Assembly (NCBI GenBank): GCA_001643675.2
Contig: LSRY02000013.1
Location: 930,001 to 994,000 of the forward strand
Source of the DNA: Monocercomonoides exilis PA203
Taxonomy: Eukaryota > Protista > Preaxostyla
Length of the DNA: 64,000 nt
Reading direction: 5' to 3'
The position numbers and the translations under genes were made by a program. Below the pieces are notes generated by a model. The model saw only the letters and a list, made by a program, of their open reading frames with translations. It had not been told where the DNA came from and did no database searches. Positions 31,377 to 42,654 of the stretch are shown here, one piece after another. Within the stretch, counting starts at the first letter, position 1. The number at the start of each line of letters is the position of its first letter.

Positions 31377-34300
31377 TTACTTTTGTTCAGTTGGAAACGT
31401 GGGGAATGAAATGTCATGGGTAAGAGGCTCTGGAGCATTCGACATGGAAACGTGTCTGAGAGATTTTTCATGCAAGTTCGTTGAAGATGTGTAAGATGAT
31501 GATTTTGCTGTTGAAGATCTTTCTTCATTGACATTTTTCACCATTCTTTGCTTGTCTTTCTCTGAATGAGCTGCTTCTCCATCAACATCTACCTCCATTC
31601 CGTCACCATCTGCCTCTGCCCCCACATCCACCTCCCCCTCACCCTCACCTTCTCCCTCACCTTCCCCTTCTCCTTCTCCCTCACCTTCTCCCTCCCCCTC
31701 AGCATCATCAAACGATTCCCTCTCCTTCATCATCTCCCCTCTCTCTTTCTCCGCCTCCAGTATGATTATCTCCTGCTGCCTCAGCATTTCTTCATCCTCC
31801 GGCGTGTGCTTCCATATCTCCTCCAGCAGATCCCCTTCGTTCTTCTGCCTTTTCCCCCTCGTCAACATCCCAATCCTCCCCAGCTCTTTCATCACCCTCG
31901 CGGCTGTGCTAAACTCTGCTGGCGTCTTCCCCATTCCACTTATACCACTTATGCCATTAATACCATTAATACTGATTCCTCCTCCTCCACTTCCTCCACT
32001 TCCTCCTCCTCCTCCTTTTTCTCCTCCACTTCCACTTCCACTTCCACTTCCATTTATTCCCATTCCCATCCCAATTCCGCCTTGTCTCTCAAACGCAGCA
32101 GCTGCTGTGACAGCTGCCACTGCTGCTGACACACGCTTGCTGTCACTGGAAGATGAGCTGTGGAGATCGGAGGACTTTGAAGAAAGAGAGGAACTGCTGC
32201 TGATGTTGCTGAGGGAGGAGGATGAAGAAGAGGAAGAAGAAGAAGAAGATGATGATGATGAAGATGATGAATTGCTTCCTTTCCCTGCTCCTCCTTTTCC
32301 TTCTCCTCTTCCTTCTCCACCTCTTTCTCCACCTCTTTCTCCTCTCACTCTACTACTCCCTTTCTTCTGTATTCTGCATATCCCATCCAGCGATCCATAC
32401 TCCGACGCATCGTCCACCAGATCCACTCCATTGCCAAAGTACCTGAAATCCACAAACCCTCCCAAACGAGGAAGATACGTCTGCCGCACGTTTCTGAGCG
32501 TCGGATGCACCATGTTCGGTGGCTGTGTGCGCTGCAGCACAGACAAGGCAGACATCGGGTTGATGAAGGGGGAGTCCACACACATCGGCTGGAATGCGCT
32601 TGTCATTGCCCTGGGTGTGGTGGTGACAGAGGCAGGGAGCTCAACAATCTGAGGAGGTGTGAATGACAAAGGCTGCTGCTTGGAACGCTCTCTGCGTGCG
32701 TTGTCTCGAAGCACACCAGCCAGCTCATTGTTCCGGCGGCGGCCTTCGCCTTCGGTGCTTGTGGAAGAAGAGGAAGAGGAAGAGGAAGGAGGTGGAGGGG
32801 AAGAAGAAGGAGAACTGTTGGGAAGAGAAGGAGAAGGAGATGGGGTAGAAGGAGAAGAGGAAGAGGAAGAGGAGGAAGAAGAAGAAGAGGAAGAATTTTG
32901 CTGATTGAAAGAAGCAGATCCAGGTGAAGGAAGAGGTGTGGGCGTAGCGAAGTCATTTGGCAAAGCTGTGCTTGAAGAAAGAGCAATTGAAGGAGAAGGA
33001 GAAGGAGAAAGTGAAGGCGAAGGCGAAGGAGGATAAGATGGAGAAGGAGAAGGTGAGGGAGAGGGAGAAGGAGAAGGCAATGGAGAAGGTCCAGGTAAAG
33101 GTGTGGAACTTGTTGAAGCATTCGAATTCATTCCATCGTTCTTACTTGGAGCAGAAGAAGAAGAAGATGATGAATCCGAACCAGAAGCATGAGGCAGCAC
33201 AGGGTTTGGCACGATATTTCCCGAGCGTGTCGGGGCCGGCGGAATTTGGCTGACCATCTGCTCTTTGAACGCCCTTGCCTCTTTCTCCCTCTCCTTCGCC
33301 TGCTGCGCAGCAGTCAGCGGCCTCCGGCTTCTCCCCTCTGAGCGGAGCATGAGGCGAGAGGTGTATATCTGAGGGAGGGAGATGGGGCTGTCGGTCCAGA
33401 GTGTGGTGGCAGCTGCATAGTTCAAGTTGAGGGCAGCAGAATATGCCTTTGAAAGAGGATCTTCATTGGCAGAAGAGGAAGAAGAGGAGGAGGTAGTGGA
33501 GTCTTGCGGGTCGATTGTGTGGAAGGAGATGGAGGGTAAGGGGTGGGAGAAGGGGAAGGTGTTAATGTTATTAATGTTATTGTTGGAGAGAGAAGGAGAT
33601 GAAGCAGTGGATTCAATATCCATTCCAATACTTTCTTTTCCTTCTCTTCTTTCTCTTCTTTCTCCTTCTCTTCCTCTTTCTTCTCCTTCTCCTCCACAGT
33701 TCTGCTCCATAATCAAGAACGCCGATAAATCCGGATCAACTGCAGCCCTCAGTCTCGATAGGAAGGGATTCACTTCAACAATTGTTGTTCTTGGAGGAGG
33801 TACTTGCTCAGGTGCATTTGACTGATGGCGAGAGCTCTTTGAATGCCCCACGGCTGTGACGGCAGCAAGGGCGGACGGAGAGGAGCCGTCAGGGTTGGAG
33901 AGAGAGGAGGAGGAGGAAGAAGAAGAAGAATTTGAAGAAGTGGAAGAAGAAGAAGAAGAAGACGTCGGCGTTTTCGCATTCAGAACAACCGTTTTATCGT
34001 CACTTGCTCCCAATCTGGTGCGATCTCCAGGGGACATTGACGATCCAGGCGAAGGAAGAGTCTTTGTTGCTCCTGGAAGAATGTCATCTTCGCAGAGGAT
34101 GTCCGGCAAAGAGGAGAAAGTGTGTGGATAATCAGCTCGGATATTGAGGTACACGCCTCGCAGCGTCTGGTCTTCGGGTGAGAGATGAAGAGAAGACAGA
34201 TGAGGAGGAAGAACTTGGGGCATCTCGATGATGGAGGGGTCGAAGGAGGAAGAGGAGGAGAGGAAGGAGGAAGAAAGAGAAGAAGATGATGATGAAGATG

Positions 34301-37300
34301 ATGATGAACTCTGTGTATTGTATTGTGTATCACTTTCATCAACTTCCATTTGTTTACCTTCTTTCTCTGCTCTTTCTCTTTCTCTTTCTCTTTCTCTTTC
34401 TCTTTCTCTTTCTTCTCTTTCTCTCTCTAATTCTCTCTCTCTCTCTTCTCTCTCTTCTTCCAGCTGCCTCTCCCTCGCCTCCTCTGCCTCCACAATCGCC
34501 CTGTACTTCCTAATCATTCTGCTTCTGTGTGTCAGCATTTTCTTCATCGATTCATTGGGAGTGAGGCGAACAGGTGCTTCAAATGGAATAAGCGCTTGCC
34601 CATTCTTTGAGAGATCAGAGGATGAATGAGAAGAAGAAGAAGAAGATGATGATGATGAGAAGGAAGAAGAAGATCCAGAACTGAATCTGGTGGAAGAACG
34701 AGAAGAGGAAAGAGGGGTTCCCTTCTCTTCTCCTGAGTGCTGATTGTATTCTGTTGAGGATTGAGTGGAATTACTTCCATTGCCATTGTGATTGGAGGAA
34801 GAGGAAGAGGAAGAGGAAGAGGTAGAGGAGGAAGTGTTGTTGAATGAGCCGTTCCTCTTCTGCTTGTCTGAAGATTCTGATCTGTTATTTGTTCCTCTTT
34901 CTCCTTCCTCCTCCTCCTCCTCTTCTTCTTCTTCTTCATCCCCATCAGCTTCCATCGTGTCCAATGCTGTGTACCGCACATCCATCTTCGCCATCGGCGC
35001 CATCACCAGCGTCCTCCCCAGCTTCCTCGCAGCAATCCTCTCCCTCAGATCTTTCTCCAGCGCCCTATCCAACTCGTCCTTCGTCTCCTCCATCTCTGCC
35101 TCTGCTTTCTTCGTCGCCTGCGCCGCATCGTCTGCCAGCACCTGCTGCCTCTCCTTCACCACTCCTTGCCTGTGCCTCTCCCGCAGCTTCTCCAGCACTT
35201 TCCGCACCACAAACCCTTGCTCATTCAGACCTCTACATCCTATTCTTTCTCTCAGCTTCCACCGCATTGCCAGGTCTGACACCCACTGCGAATAAAACGC
35301 GTTTGCTTGGCCGGCTGTGCGGCTGATGGGGAAGTGGATGAGGTCGTCGGGCTGTGGATGGGCAGCACGGGAGGAAAGAATAGGGGCAGGAGGGTAGGGG
35401 ACGAGGGAATGAGAGGATAAGGAGGAAGAAGAGGAAGAAGAGGAAGAAGGAGAAGAAGAAGAAGAGGAAAGAGAGGAAGAAGAATAAGAAGGAGAAGAGG
35501 AAGGAGATAAAGCAGATGAAGATGAAGCAGAAGCAGAAGCAGAACCAGAGCCAAGTGATGACTCGTCGTGTATCTTCGTGTGGATCTTCGCAGATGTGGT
35601 GGGTGTGACGCGGATGGGGTATGATGGAGATTGTTCTGCTTGTGCAGATTGCAATCCATCTCTTGTCTGTTGATTATGTTGATGCTGTTGATATTGATAT
35701 TGATTTTGATGTTGTTGCTTAATCTGCTGCTGTTTGCACTGCTTCTTCTCGCTCTCTGCCTGTTCTTCTCTTTTCTCCTCTTTCTTCTCCTCTTTTTTTT
35801 CCTCCGTTTTCTCCTTCTCGTCAGCCCCAAACGGATCAAAAGGAGGCGCAGGGATGTTTCTGAACAGCCGCCTCTTCATGCTGTTGATGGCAGCGATCGG
35901 AGGAGAGGCTGAAGGGTAAAGCGGGGATAAAGAGAGCAAGCGAGAAATAATGTGGAAGTCGCGGATGAAGTGGATCTGGCTGGCAGTGAATGCTTCTGTC
36001 TCTGAGTCTGTCCACATCACATCCTCAATAGCCTGCTTCACCTGGTTGTTGAAGACCACTCCCGTGGCATTGTTCGCAAAGTTGAAGGGGAAACGAAGAG
36101 AGGACAAGGAGGCAACACACGAAGGAGCTGCATTTCTTCTTCTTCTTCTTCTAATTGTGCTGTTTTTTTGTGGTTTTGAAAGTTTTTCATTTGATTTTTC
36201 GATTTTTTCGATTTTTTCGATTTTGCCATTTTTATTGTTTTGACAGTTGCACAAGCAATTTCCATTGTTTTTATCATTGCAATCACTGAAATAGTTGTAT
36301 TTTCTTTTGATTTGTGAGAAATTAACTGGAAGACCCGAATTTGCCTTAAGATTCACTCCTGTTTGGCTGCCGATCCACCGCAGCTGCTTCTCTGCCTCGG
36401 CCATTTCTTCGTCAAATTCCTCTTCTTCTCCTTCTTCTCCTCTTCTTCCTCTTCTTCCTCTTCTATTGCAACAGCAATTGTGACAAACTTGATTGCCATT
36501 TCGAACTAACTGCAGCTGATTATTATTCGATGGGTTGTTTTCTCCATTCGCATTCACACTCACATTAGCATCGTTCTTGTTCTTGCTTTCCATTCCTTCC
36601 TTATCAGCCACTCCATCTCTTCCATTCTTATCTTTCTCCTTCTCTTTCTCTTCTCCATTCCATTCCTCCTCTTCTCCCTCTTCCTCCTCCTCCTCCTCTT
36701 CTTCCTCCATCTCCTTCTCCATCTCCAATGGATCTTCCCTCACAAACCCGCCCAGCGGTGGAATTCTTGCTGCGTTCTCTTCCCATCGCTGTGGGTCATA
36801 CCAGCCTCCAATCGCTGGCAGTATTTTTCGCTCGCTTTTTTTCTCTGAACTGGCTGAAGAGGAAGAAGAGGAAGAGGAAGAAGAAGAAGAAGATGATGAT
36901 GATGAAAAAGTTGTACCTGATTTATCATTGTCTTTACTTCCATTTCCTGCTCCTTGTGCTGAAGATGACGAATCTGTTGAAGAAGAAGAAGAAGAAGAAG
37001 AAGCAGAACCAGATGCTTCACCAGCACCCTCAGCATTCTCCTTCTTCTTCCTCCTCCTCTTCCTCTTCTCCTCCTCCTCCATCTTCCTCATCTCCTGCAT
37101 CGCTTTAAATTCTTCATCCACACAGTCATCGAACGCTGCCTCTTCCTCTTTCTCCTCGTTCACATCCATCAACCACTGCTCCTCCACTGCCCCCATGTGC
37201 CGCACAAACCGCATCGTCGCTGCACTTGCTGAATGCGGGTGGAACTGCGCGGAGGACGCCAGCAGCGCGGCTGAGGGCTGCGGGAGGTCAGCTGTGGGGA

Positions 37301-39569
37301 TGTTGTACCAGGGCTTCTGAACAGGCGCAGAGACAGAGAATGTTGGGGGAGTGAACTGCGGGTAGAAGCGGCAGGAAACAGGCATGACGAGGAGGCGGGT
37401 GTAGTTGCTGTAAGGAAAGCGGGAGTGGAGGAGAGAAGAAGGAAGAGCACCCACACGGCTGCTGGTGAGGGTGGGCGGGACGACGTCGGTGTAGCGGGAG
37501 AGGTCGGGTGGAGGAGGGGAGGAAGGAGGAAGAGGAGGAGAAGGAGAAGGAGAAGAAGGAGGAAGAGAAGAAGGAGAAGGAGAAGAAAGAAGAAGAGAAA
37601 TACGGGGCTGAGGTTCTTTTTCTGGGGGGTTTTCTTCGGTTTCTTCTTTTTTACCTTCTTTTTTTATTTCTTTTTCTTCTTTTTCGTTTTTATCTTGTGT
37701 GTTTGAGGAAGAAGAAGAAGATGTTGATATATCTTCTTGTGATGTTTGTGTTGTCTGCGTCTCAGGTTTCTTTTGGGAATTGTCTGTTTCTTCATCAGTA
37801 CTATCCATCTGAATGTCACTTTTGATTGAAGAAGAAGAAGAAGAAGAATCAGATGAAACAGAAGAAGAAGAAGATGATGATGGCAAAGTATTATTTGCAG
37901 AATTAATCTCCTTATCCATCTCAAGCACAGTTGGCGCTAATGAATCAGAAGAAGAAGAAGAAGAAGAAATTGTTGCTGTTTCTTCTTCTTTCTCCGAAGT
38001 TGTATTCGATTTTTGCTCATTCTCTTTGCCTTGTCCAGCCAGCAGCTTGCTTTCTTCTTCTTCTCTGTCCATTTTCATAGACAGATCGCTTGTTGCTGTT
38101 GGATTGGCGTGCTCTGAATCATCCACTGTGTGTGAAGGAGTCAATTTTGAAGTATCATCATTCATTTCTTTGCGTTTAGCTTCTTCTTGTTCTTTCTCTT
38201 TCTCTTTCTCTTTCTCTTCCTGCATCGTCTTCATTTCTTCACCTGATTTATCTTCAATCATAGCAAGTTTCTTTAATTCTTCATTTCTGTTACACATTTT
38301 CTCTTCTTCTTCTTCCTCCTTTTCTTCTTCCCTTTCTTCTTCCATCTTTATCTGCTGCACACGAAACACTGTGTGCTCATCCGGCGGGCGGTACATCACA
38401 AGGCTGCTCTGATACGCAGCAGCCGGCGATATCAGCGCCGCTGCGGGCGACGAAATCTTCCCCGCCGCAAACCGCGACGCCGGCGACAGGATCACCTTCC
38501 CTCCTCTCGTCGTGCTCTCGTCTCCCAATTCTCCCTCATTCACTCCACTTCCCATGCCACTCAAGCTTCCAATTCCCCCTATCCCGCCAAGCCCTCCAAT
38601 CACTCCTAACCCACTTAACCCTCCTGCAAGCCCGCTGATGCGCCCGTCGCTCCGCTTCCCGCGCTCCCGTTCCAGCACTGCTGCGTTGTGTGCCAGCTGG
38701 CTCTCCCGCTCTGTCTCCCGCACTGCCCGCTCGTCGGCATACTGCGCATAGGCCTCTGAGCGTGCATAGCTCGCAAGCACGTCAAACAGGAACGTCGATG
38801 CGGAGTAGTACTGCACATACCGCCGCACTACAGCTAGCGATTCTTCAGGCACCCCGCGATGATACTGCACTGCTGGCATGATTTGGTAATGATTGCCTTG
38901 ATTTGAATGATCTTGTGAAAAACTGCTTCCTTGATGTTTTTTGCAAAGGGCAAGACGAGCAATTTGGTGATAATGCGGAGAAATGTGCTTTGCCTTTAAT
39001 ATATTTGAACAGAATGATGTATAGTTAGGTGAGAAAATTGGATATTCAACAACAACAAATCCATGTTTCTTCCAACTTGGATTGCAAATATCCACTTTCT
39101 TTTCAAATCCCTTTTCTAAATGAGAAGGATTACATTTTCCTTTGCGTTTTTTAAAATCTTTCCAATTCGCTATTCCTTTTTTGATTGAATCATGAAGATT
39201 TGAGATATTTGATTTTGTAAGATTTGGTTGTGGTTCGTTAAATACGCATTCGCGTTCGCTCGAAAAATTAATCATTTTTGTGTTATTGACATTCATCATG
39301 CTTCCTAAAATTAATTTGTCAGAATTTTCTCGAATATAATTCTTTTTCATCATCAATCTTCTTCGATGCCATTGTGAATAAGAAATATAAGTTTTTCTGT
39401 TATCGCACCACCCTAACTCTTCAAATTCCTTTTCTTTATATTCTGCTTTTTGAAGATTTAATTTCATAACAGAATTTGTCATTTCTTTCCAATTTTGAAC
39501 TCTCTGTTCATAAGTAATATCAGCCAACGAAGAAATGCTAAAGCACAGCCCATGCGACTTATGCATCAT
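31377..39569 (-). CDS. Very large low-complexity (Ser/Glu/Pro/Gly-rich) probable nuclear protein with SANT/Myb-like segment(s)
   Basis: 8.2-kb stop-free ORF with first ATG at 39569. WTDSETEAF..DFHIISRLL and RTAGQANAFYSQW resemble SANT helices. Function is inferred only. Confidence 0.75.
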   Translation of the reverse strand: MMHKSHGLCFSISSLADITYEQRVQNWKEMTNSVMKLNLQKAEYKEKEFEELGWCDNRKTYISYSQWHRRRLMMKKNYIRENSDKLILGSMMNVNNTKMINFSSERECVFNEPQPNLTKSNISNLHDSIKKGIANWKDFKKRKGKCNPSHLEKGFEKKVDICNPSWKKHGFVVVEYPIFSPNYTSFCSNILKAKHISPHYHQIARLALCKKHQGSSFSQDHSNQGNHYQIMPAVQYHRGVPEESLAVVRRYVQYYSASTFLFDVLASYARSEAYAQYADERAVRETERESQLAHNAAVLERERGKRSDGRISGLAGGLSGLGVIGGLGGIGGIGSLSGMGSGVNEGELGDESTTRGGKVILSPASRFAAGKISSPAAALISPAAAYQSSLVMYRPPDEHTVFRVQQIKMEEEREEEKEEEEEEKMCNRNEELKKLAMIEDKSGEEMKTMQEEKEKEKEKEQEEAKRKEMNDDTSKLTPSHTVDDSEHANPTATSDLSMKMDREEEESKLLAGQGKENEQKSNTTSEKEEETATISSSSSSSDSLAPTVLEMDKEINSANNTLPSSSSSSSVSSDSSSSSSSIKSDIQMDSTDEETDNSQKKPETQTTQTSQEDISTSSSSSSNTQDKNEKEEKEIKKEGKKEETEENPPEKEPQPRISLLLSSPSPSSLPPSSPSPSPPLPPSSPPPPDLSRYTDVVPPTLTSSRVGALPSSLLHSRFPYSNYTRLLVMPVSCRFYPQFTPPTFSVSAPVQKPWYNIPTADLPQPSAALLASSAQFHPHSASAATMRFVRHMGAVEEQWLMDVNEEKEEEAAFDDCVDEEFKAMQEMRKMEEEEKRKRRRKKKENAEGAGEASGSASSSSSSSSTDSSSSAQGAGNGSKDNDKSGTTFSSSSSSSSSSSSSSSSSASSEKKSERKILPAIGGWYDPQRWEENAARIPPLGGFVREDPLEMEKEMEEEEEEEEEEGEEEEWNGEEKEKEKDKNGRDGVADKEGMESKNKNDANVSVNANGENNPSNNNQLQLVRNGNQVCHNCCCNRRGRRGRRGEEGEEEEFDEEMAEAEKQLRWIGSQTGVNLKANSGLPVNFSQIKRKYNYFSDCNDKNNGNCLCNCQNNKNGKIEKIEKIEKSNEKLSKPQKNSTIRRRRRRNAAPSCVASLSSLRFPFNFANNATGVVFNNQVKQAIEDVMWTDSETEAFTASQIHFIRDFHIISRLLSLSPLYPSASPPIAAINSMKRRLFRNIPAPPFDPFGADEKEKTEEKKEEKKEEKREEQAESEKKQCKQQQIKQQHQNQYQYQQHQHNQQTRDGLQSAQAEQSPSYPIRVTPTTSAKIHTKIHDESSLGSGSASASASSSSALSPSSSPSYSSSSLSSSSSSPSSSSSSSSSLSSHSLVPYPPAPILSSRAAHPQPDDLIHFPISRTAGQANAFYSQWVSDLAMRWKLRERIGCRGLNEQGFVVRKVLEKLRERHRQGVVKERQQVLADDAAQATKKAEAEMEETKDELDRALEKDLRERIAARKLGRTLVMAPMAKMDVRYTALDTMEADGDEEEEEEEEEEEGERGTNNRSESSDKQKRNGSFNNTSSSTSSSSSSSSSNHNGNGSNSTQSSTEYNQHSGEEKGTPLSSSRSSTRFSSGSSSSFSSSSSSSSSSHSSSDLSKNGQALIPFEAPVRLTPNESMKKMLTHRSRMIRKYRAIVEAEEARERQLEEEREERERELEREREERERERERERERERAEKEGKQMEVDESDTQYNTQSSSSSSSSSSSLSSSFLSSSSSFDPSIIEMPQVLPPHLSSLHLSPEDQTLRGVYLNIRADYPHTFSSLPDILCEDDILPGATKTLPSPGSSMSPGDRTRLGASDDKTVVLNAKTPTSSSSSSSTSSNSSSSSSSSSLSNPDGSSPSALAAVTAVGHSKSSRHQSNAPEQVPPPRTTIVEVNPFLSRLRAAVDPDLSAFLIMEQNCGGEGEERGREGERRERREGKESIGMDIESTASSPSLSNNNINNINTFPFSHPLPSISFHTIDPQDSTTSSSSSSSANEDPLSKAYSAALNLNYAAATTLWTDSPISLPQIYTSRLMLRSEGRSRRPLTAAQQAKEREKEARAFKEQMVSQIPPAPTRSGNIVPNPVLPHASGSDSSSSSSSAPSKNDGMNSNASTSSTPLPGPSPLPSPSPSPSPSPSPSYPPSPSPSLSPSPSPSIALSSSTALPNDFATPTPLPSPGSASFNQQNSSSSSSSSSSSSSSPSTPSPSPSLPNSSPSSSPPPPSSSSSSSSTSTEGEGRRRNNELAGVLRDNARRERSKQQPLSFTPPQIVELPASVTTTPRAMTSAFQPMCVDSPFINPMSALSVLQRTQPPNMVHPTLRNVRQTYLPRLGGFVDFRYFGNGVDLVDDASEYGSLDGICRIQKKGSSRVRGERGGERGGEGRGEGKGGAGKGSNSSSSSSSSSSSSSSSSSSSLSNISSSSSLSSKSSDLHSSSSSDSKRVSAAVAAVTAAAAFERQGGIGMGMGINGSGSGSGSGGEKGGGGGSGGSGGGGISINGINGISGISGMGKTPAEFSTAARVMKELGRIGMLTRGKRQKNEGDLLEEIWKHTPEDEEMLRQQEIIILEAEKERGEMMKERESFDDAEGEGEGEGEGEGEGEGEGEGEGEVDVGAEADGDGMEVDVDGEAAHSEKDKQRMVKNVNEERSSTAKSSSYTSSTNLHEKSLRHVSMSNAPEPLTHDISFPTFPTEQK

Positions 39570-39723
39570 ATACAAGCGTAATTGATTTAAAAATCTTCAA
39601 ATCTGATAAAATAAAAAACAAAAAAATAAATAAACTTGTGTGTTTTAAATATCCTTTTTCAAAAAGATCTTGAATTATCAAAAGTACGTACATTTGAAAG
39701 TTTTTGAAACCTTATTTCAACAA

Positions 39724-39807
39724 GGGGGCATAGCGCAGCCGGTAGCGCGTAAGTCTCATAATCGCTGGGAAAGCTTAAGGTCGGGAGTTCGAGCCTCCCT
39801 GCCCCCA
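39724..39807 (+). tRNA. Elongator tRNA-Met (CAT) with an 11-nt intron (39761-39771)
   Basis: Acceptor stem GGGGGCA/TGCCCCC; anticodon loop CTCATA^A; intron ATCGCTGGGAA at the canonical 37/38 position; TTCGAGC T loop and G1-C72 argue against an initiator tRNA. Confidence 0.92.
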
Positions 39808-40114
39808 AATTTTTGATTTTACATCATTTTTGGATGTTTTGTATTCTGAATATTTTCCAACATTTTTCTCAAAGATTATCAAATGTTTATTTAACTGTTG
39901 CATGAATTTGTGAAAATTCGTTAGAACGTCTGCGATGTGATAAAAATTTTGTTTATGAGTTAATTGAAAATATATGTCCTTTAGCTTTTTTCTTTTTGTC
40001 AAGAAGAAAACGAAAAAAAGATTGTGAAGATAATTGAGATCACAATTATTGCAGATAACCTTGAGCGAAGTGATGAAAAAGCTTATTTACGCCCATCACC
40101 AATTTTCCACTTCC

Positions 40115-40174
40115 AAAAAACAAAAACAAAAACAAAAATAAAAATAAAAATAAAAATAAAAATAAAAATAAAAA
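40115..40174 (+). repeat. Hexamer tandem repeat (CAAAAA/TAAAAA)n
   Basis: Seen directly. Confidence 0.8.
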
Positions 40175-40457
40175 CTAGTTAATGAAAAACCACAAAAATA
40201 AATAATTTATTCATCAAATTATTTGTTAAATGGATCAAAAATCAAAGCAGAAGATCTCCTTTTTGGCTTCATCCAACCTAGTCCAGTGTATTTTTTAGCG
40301 TCTTCTTTTGCGCTTCGTTTTATTAAACAAAAACAAAACTGTTTGAAAGAGATTTTTTTGGTGTTGCAAGAAAATCTGAGATGCTTGTGTTTTCATTTTT
40401 ATTTATTTTATTGCTTTGATTTATTCCTTGTTTTGAATATATTTTTCAAAAAACAGA

Positions 40458-41894
40458 ATGAGTTTTCCAGATGATGACAATTTTGAAGATGAAATTCTGA
40501 CTACGGTCAGAACAGAACAGGTTTCAAGTTTGTTCTTTTATTTGATTTGAACCATTCTGAACAAAATGTTTGTTTATTTAAATTCCCTTTGCAGAATTGT
40601 TTTGTGAACTGGAACATAGCAGAAAAGATGAACGAATGCATGAAATCGAAGAAATGAATAGATTAATTGGTGAAATGAATGGAAAAGAATTCAGATCTGT
40701 CTTCACAAAAGAACTGTTCAATGAAATGGAAAAAAAGATTAAAAAAAAGAAAATATCTTTGAAAGATTCAGTTTTGATATTACAGCATGTAGGATATTGC
40801 AAAATACTAAAAAATATATTAAGATTAAGTTCTGATAATTCTTCATTGAACGAAAGATTGAAGAAATGGATTGTTGATGAAGACAAGAAAAAAGAAAAAA
40901 AAGACGAAAAGCTTTTGGCTGATCTTTGTAAATGTTATTTGACTTTGAGATGCAAGTTTGAAGATATTTCAGAGGAATTGCTTTCGATTTGTCTGCCTTG
41001 CCTTCTGAAAGTTGCCTTGAACAAAGAGAAAAACGAAGAAACACAAAAAGAAGTGGAAGAGGCTTTGTTGGCGTTGAGTTGCGTTGCAGTGAATACAGTT
41101 TGGAATAATTCCCTTTTTGAAGCTTTGTTGCTTGTTTTTCAAAATTTTGTGAGAATGTGGAACAAGAGATGTTTTTGAATGAATTCACAGATATCATTAA
41201 ATATCATCAAGTTTATTGCAATCTGACACAACTTGCCTATCAATCTGCTTGGCGATTTTTGGTTAGCAGATTATCTTCAAATAAAAGTTTGGGAGAAGCA
41301 TTTGTGAATGAGCTGCATTTTGCAAGAGAGACAGAAAGAGAACTAGAAGAGCTTTCAAAGTACCTGGATTGGAATAAAAAAGTAGTAGAAGAAGAAGGAA
41401 AGAAAAGAATAAAAGGGAAAGAGAAGGAAGCTTTTTTGCGATGGTTTGGAATATTGAACTGTTTCTTTTTCTCTTGCAAATTTTGGACTGAAGAATTTGT
41501 GAGGCTCATCAGTTGCATTGCGAGATTATTCAAATCAGCAAGAGAAAATGAAAGAGAAATTAGTATCCAATGCATGAAATCTTTACGACATATTGCAAGA
41601 AACAAATCCGTGAAGGTTGATGATCTGATGAATGGAAGGACTGTTGATACAATTGTGGGAGAGCTCGCTCTATCAAGTGTTGATAATTTATTAATTGAAC
41701 ACTGTTCGTCATTTTTCTTTGAATTAAATAAGAGATTGAACGATAAAATGGAAAAAGAAAAAGAGGAGGCGAAAAGAAAAGAGATGAAAAGAAAAATGCT
41801 TGAAAAGATGGAAGAAGAAGGATTCGGAGATTGCATAATATCGTTGAGCCGTTGCAGGATTGTTGGTATATATGTATTTTGTTGTCATGCTTAG
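40458..41894 (+). CDS. Lineage-specific helical (ARM-like) family member, copy 2
   Basis: Exons ~40458-40527, 40595-41097, 41154-41894; same motifs (CLLKVALNKEKNEETQKEVE, LAYQSAW, NELHFARE, EKMEEEGF). Confidence 0.8.
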
Positions 41895-42654
41895 GAATTT
41901 GAAGAATTTATATATTTATTGTTGACTCATGTTCATTTTTTTATTCATTTCATTTAACTTTTATTCAAGGATTTATAAATCTTTTTCTTTATTCAAGATT
42001 AATTGACTTTCTCTTTCAAGAAGTGACTTCGATATGCATTGAATTTATTTTCATCTCATTTCAAATCCAAAAAACAGAGTTTTATAAATTGCTAACAAAC
42101 TCATTTCATTTTTACCTCTCACTTTATTCAACAATACAAAAAAATAAAACTTGTAATTTTTAGAAATTTCTGTCATGTGATTTGTTGTGGAGTTCTTTGA
42201 AGGAATTCTTGTTTTGTTTTCATTCGATTCTTTCACTTATTTGTCAATTTTCCGAAGCAGACTGATACAACTTTTTTGTATCATTGACCTTTTTCTATAA
42301 AAATATCACAAAGATAAGATAAAAGCAATCAAAGAATTGAAAATAATTCAAATTCTTTTTCATGAAAAAAGAATAGACAGCTAAATATGAACAAACTTGT
42401 TATTGCAAAAACAATGCAAGAGATGAAAAGCGATAATTCATCTGAGTAAGATTCCAAAAATAAATAATCGTTAATCGATGATTTCATCTGAAATTTCATT
42501 CTTTTTTGGCTGGCTTTCTTCCAATCTGAAAAGAGCTATAAAGGATTAAAAGTTCAATGTTTGTTTGCTCAATTGTGAAACAGTGAGCAAAGAAAAACTC
42601 AAAAAAGTTGAGTTTCAAAATGAAATGCTTTTGATTTTCTGAAACATTCACATT

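Noticed and set aside
31566-38881. Many overlapping antisense and alternative-frame ORFs (poly-E/S/L)
   Set aside because: Shadows of low-complexity TCT/GAA codon runs in the real minus-strand ORF; the same applies to those over 88-1770, RSP3, the RBR gene and the receptors.
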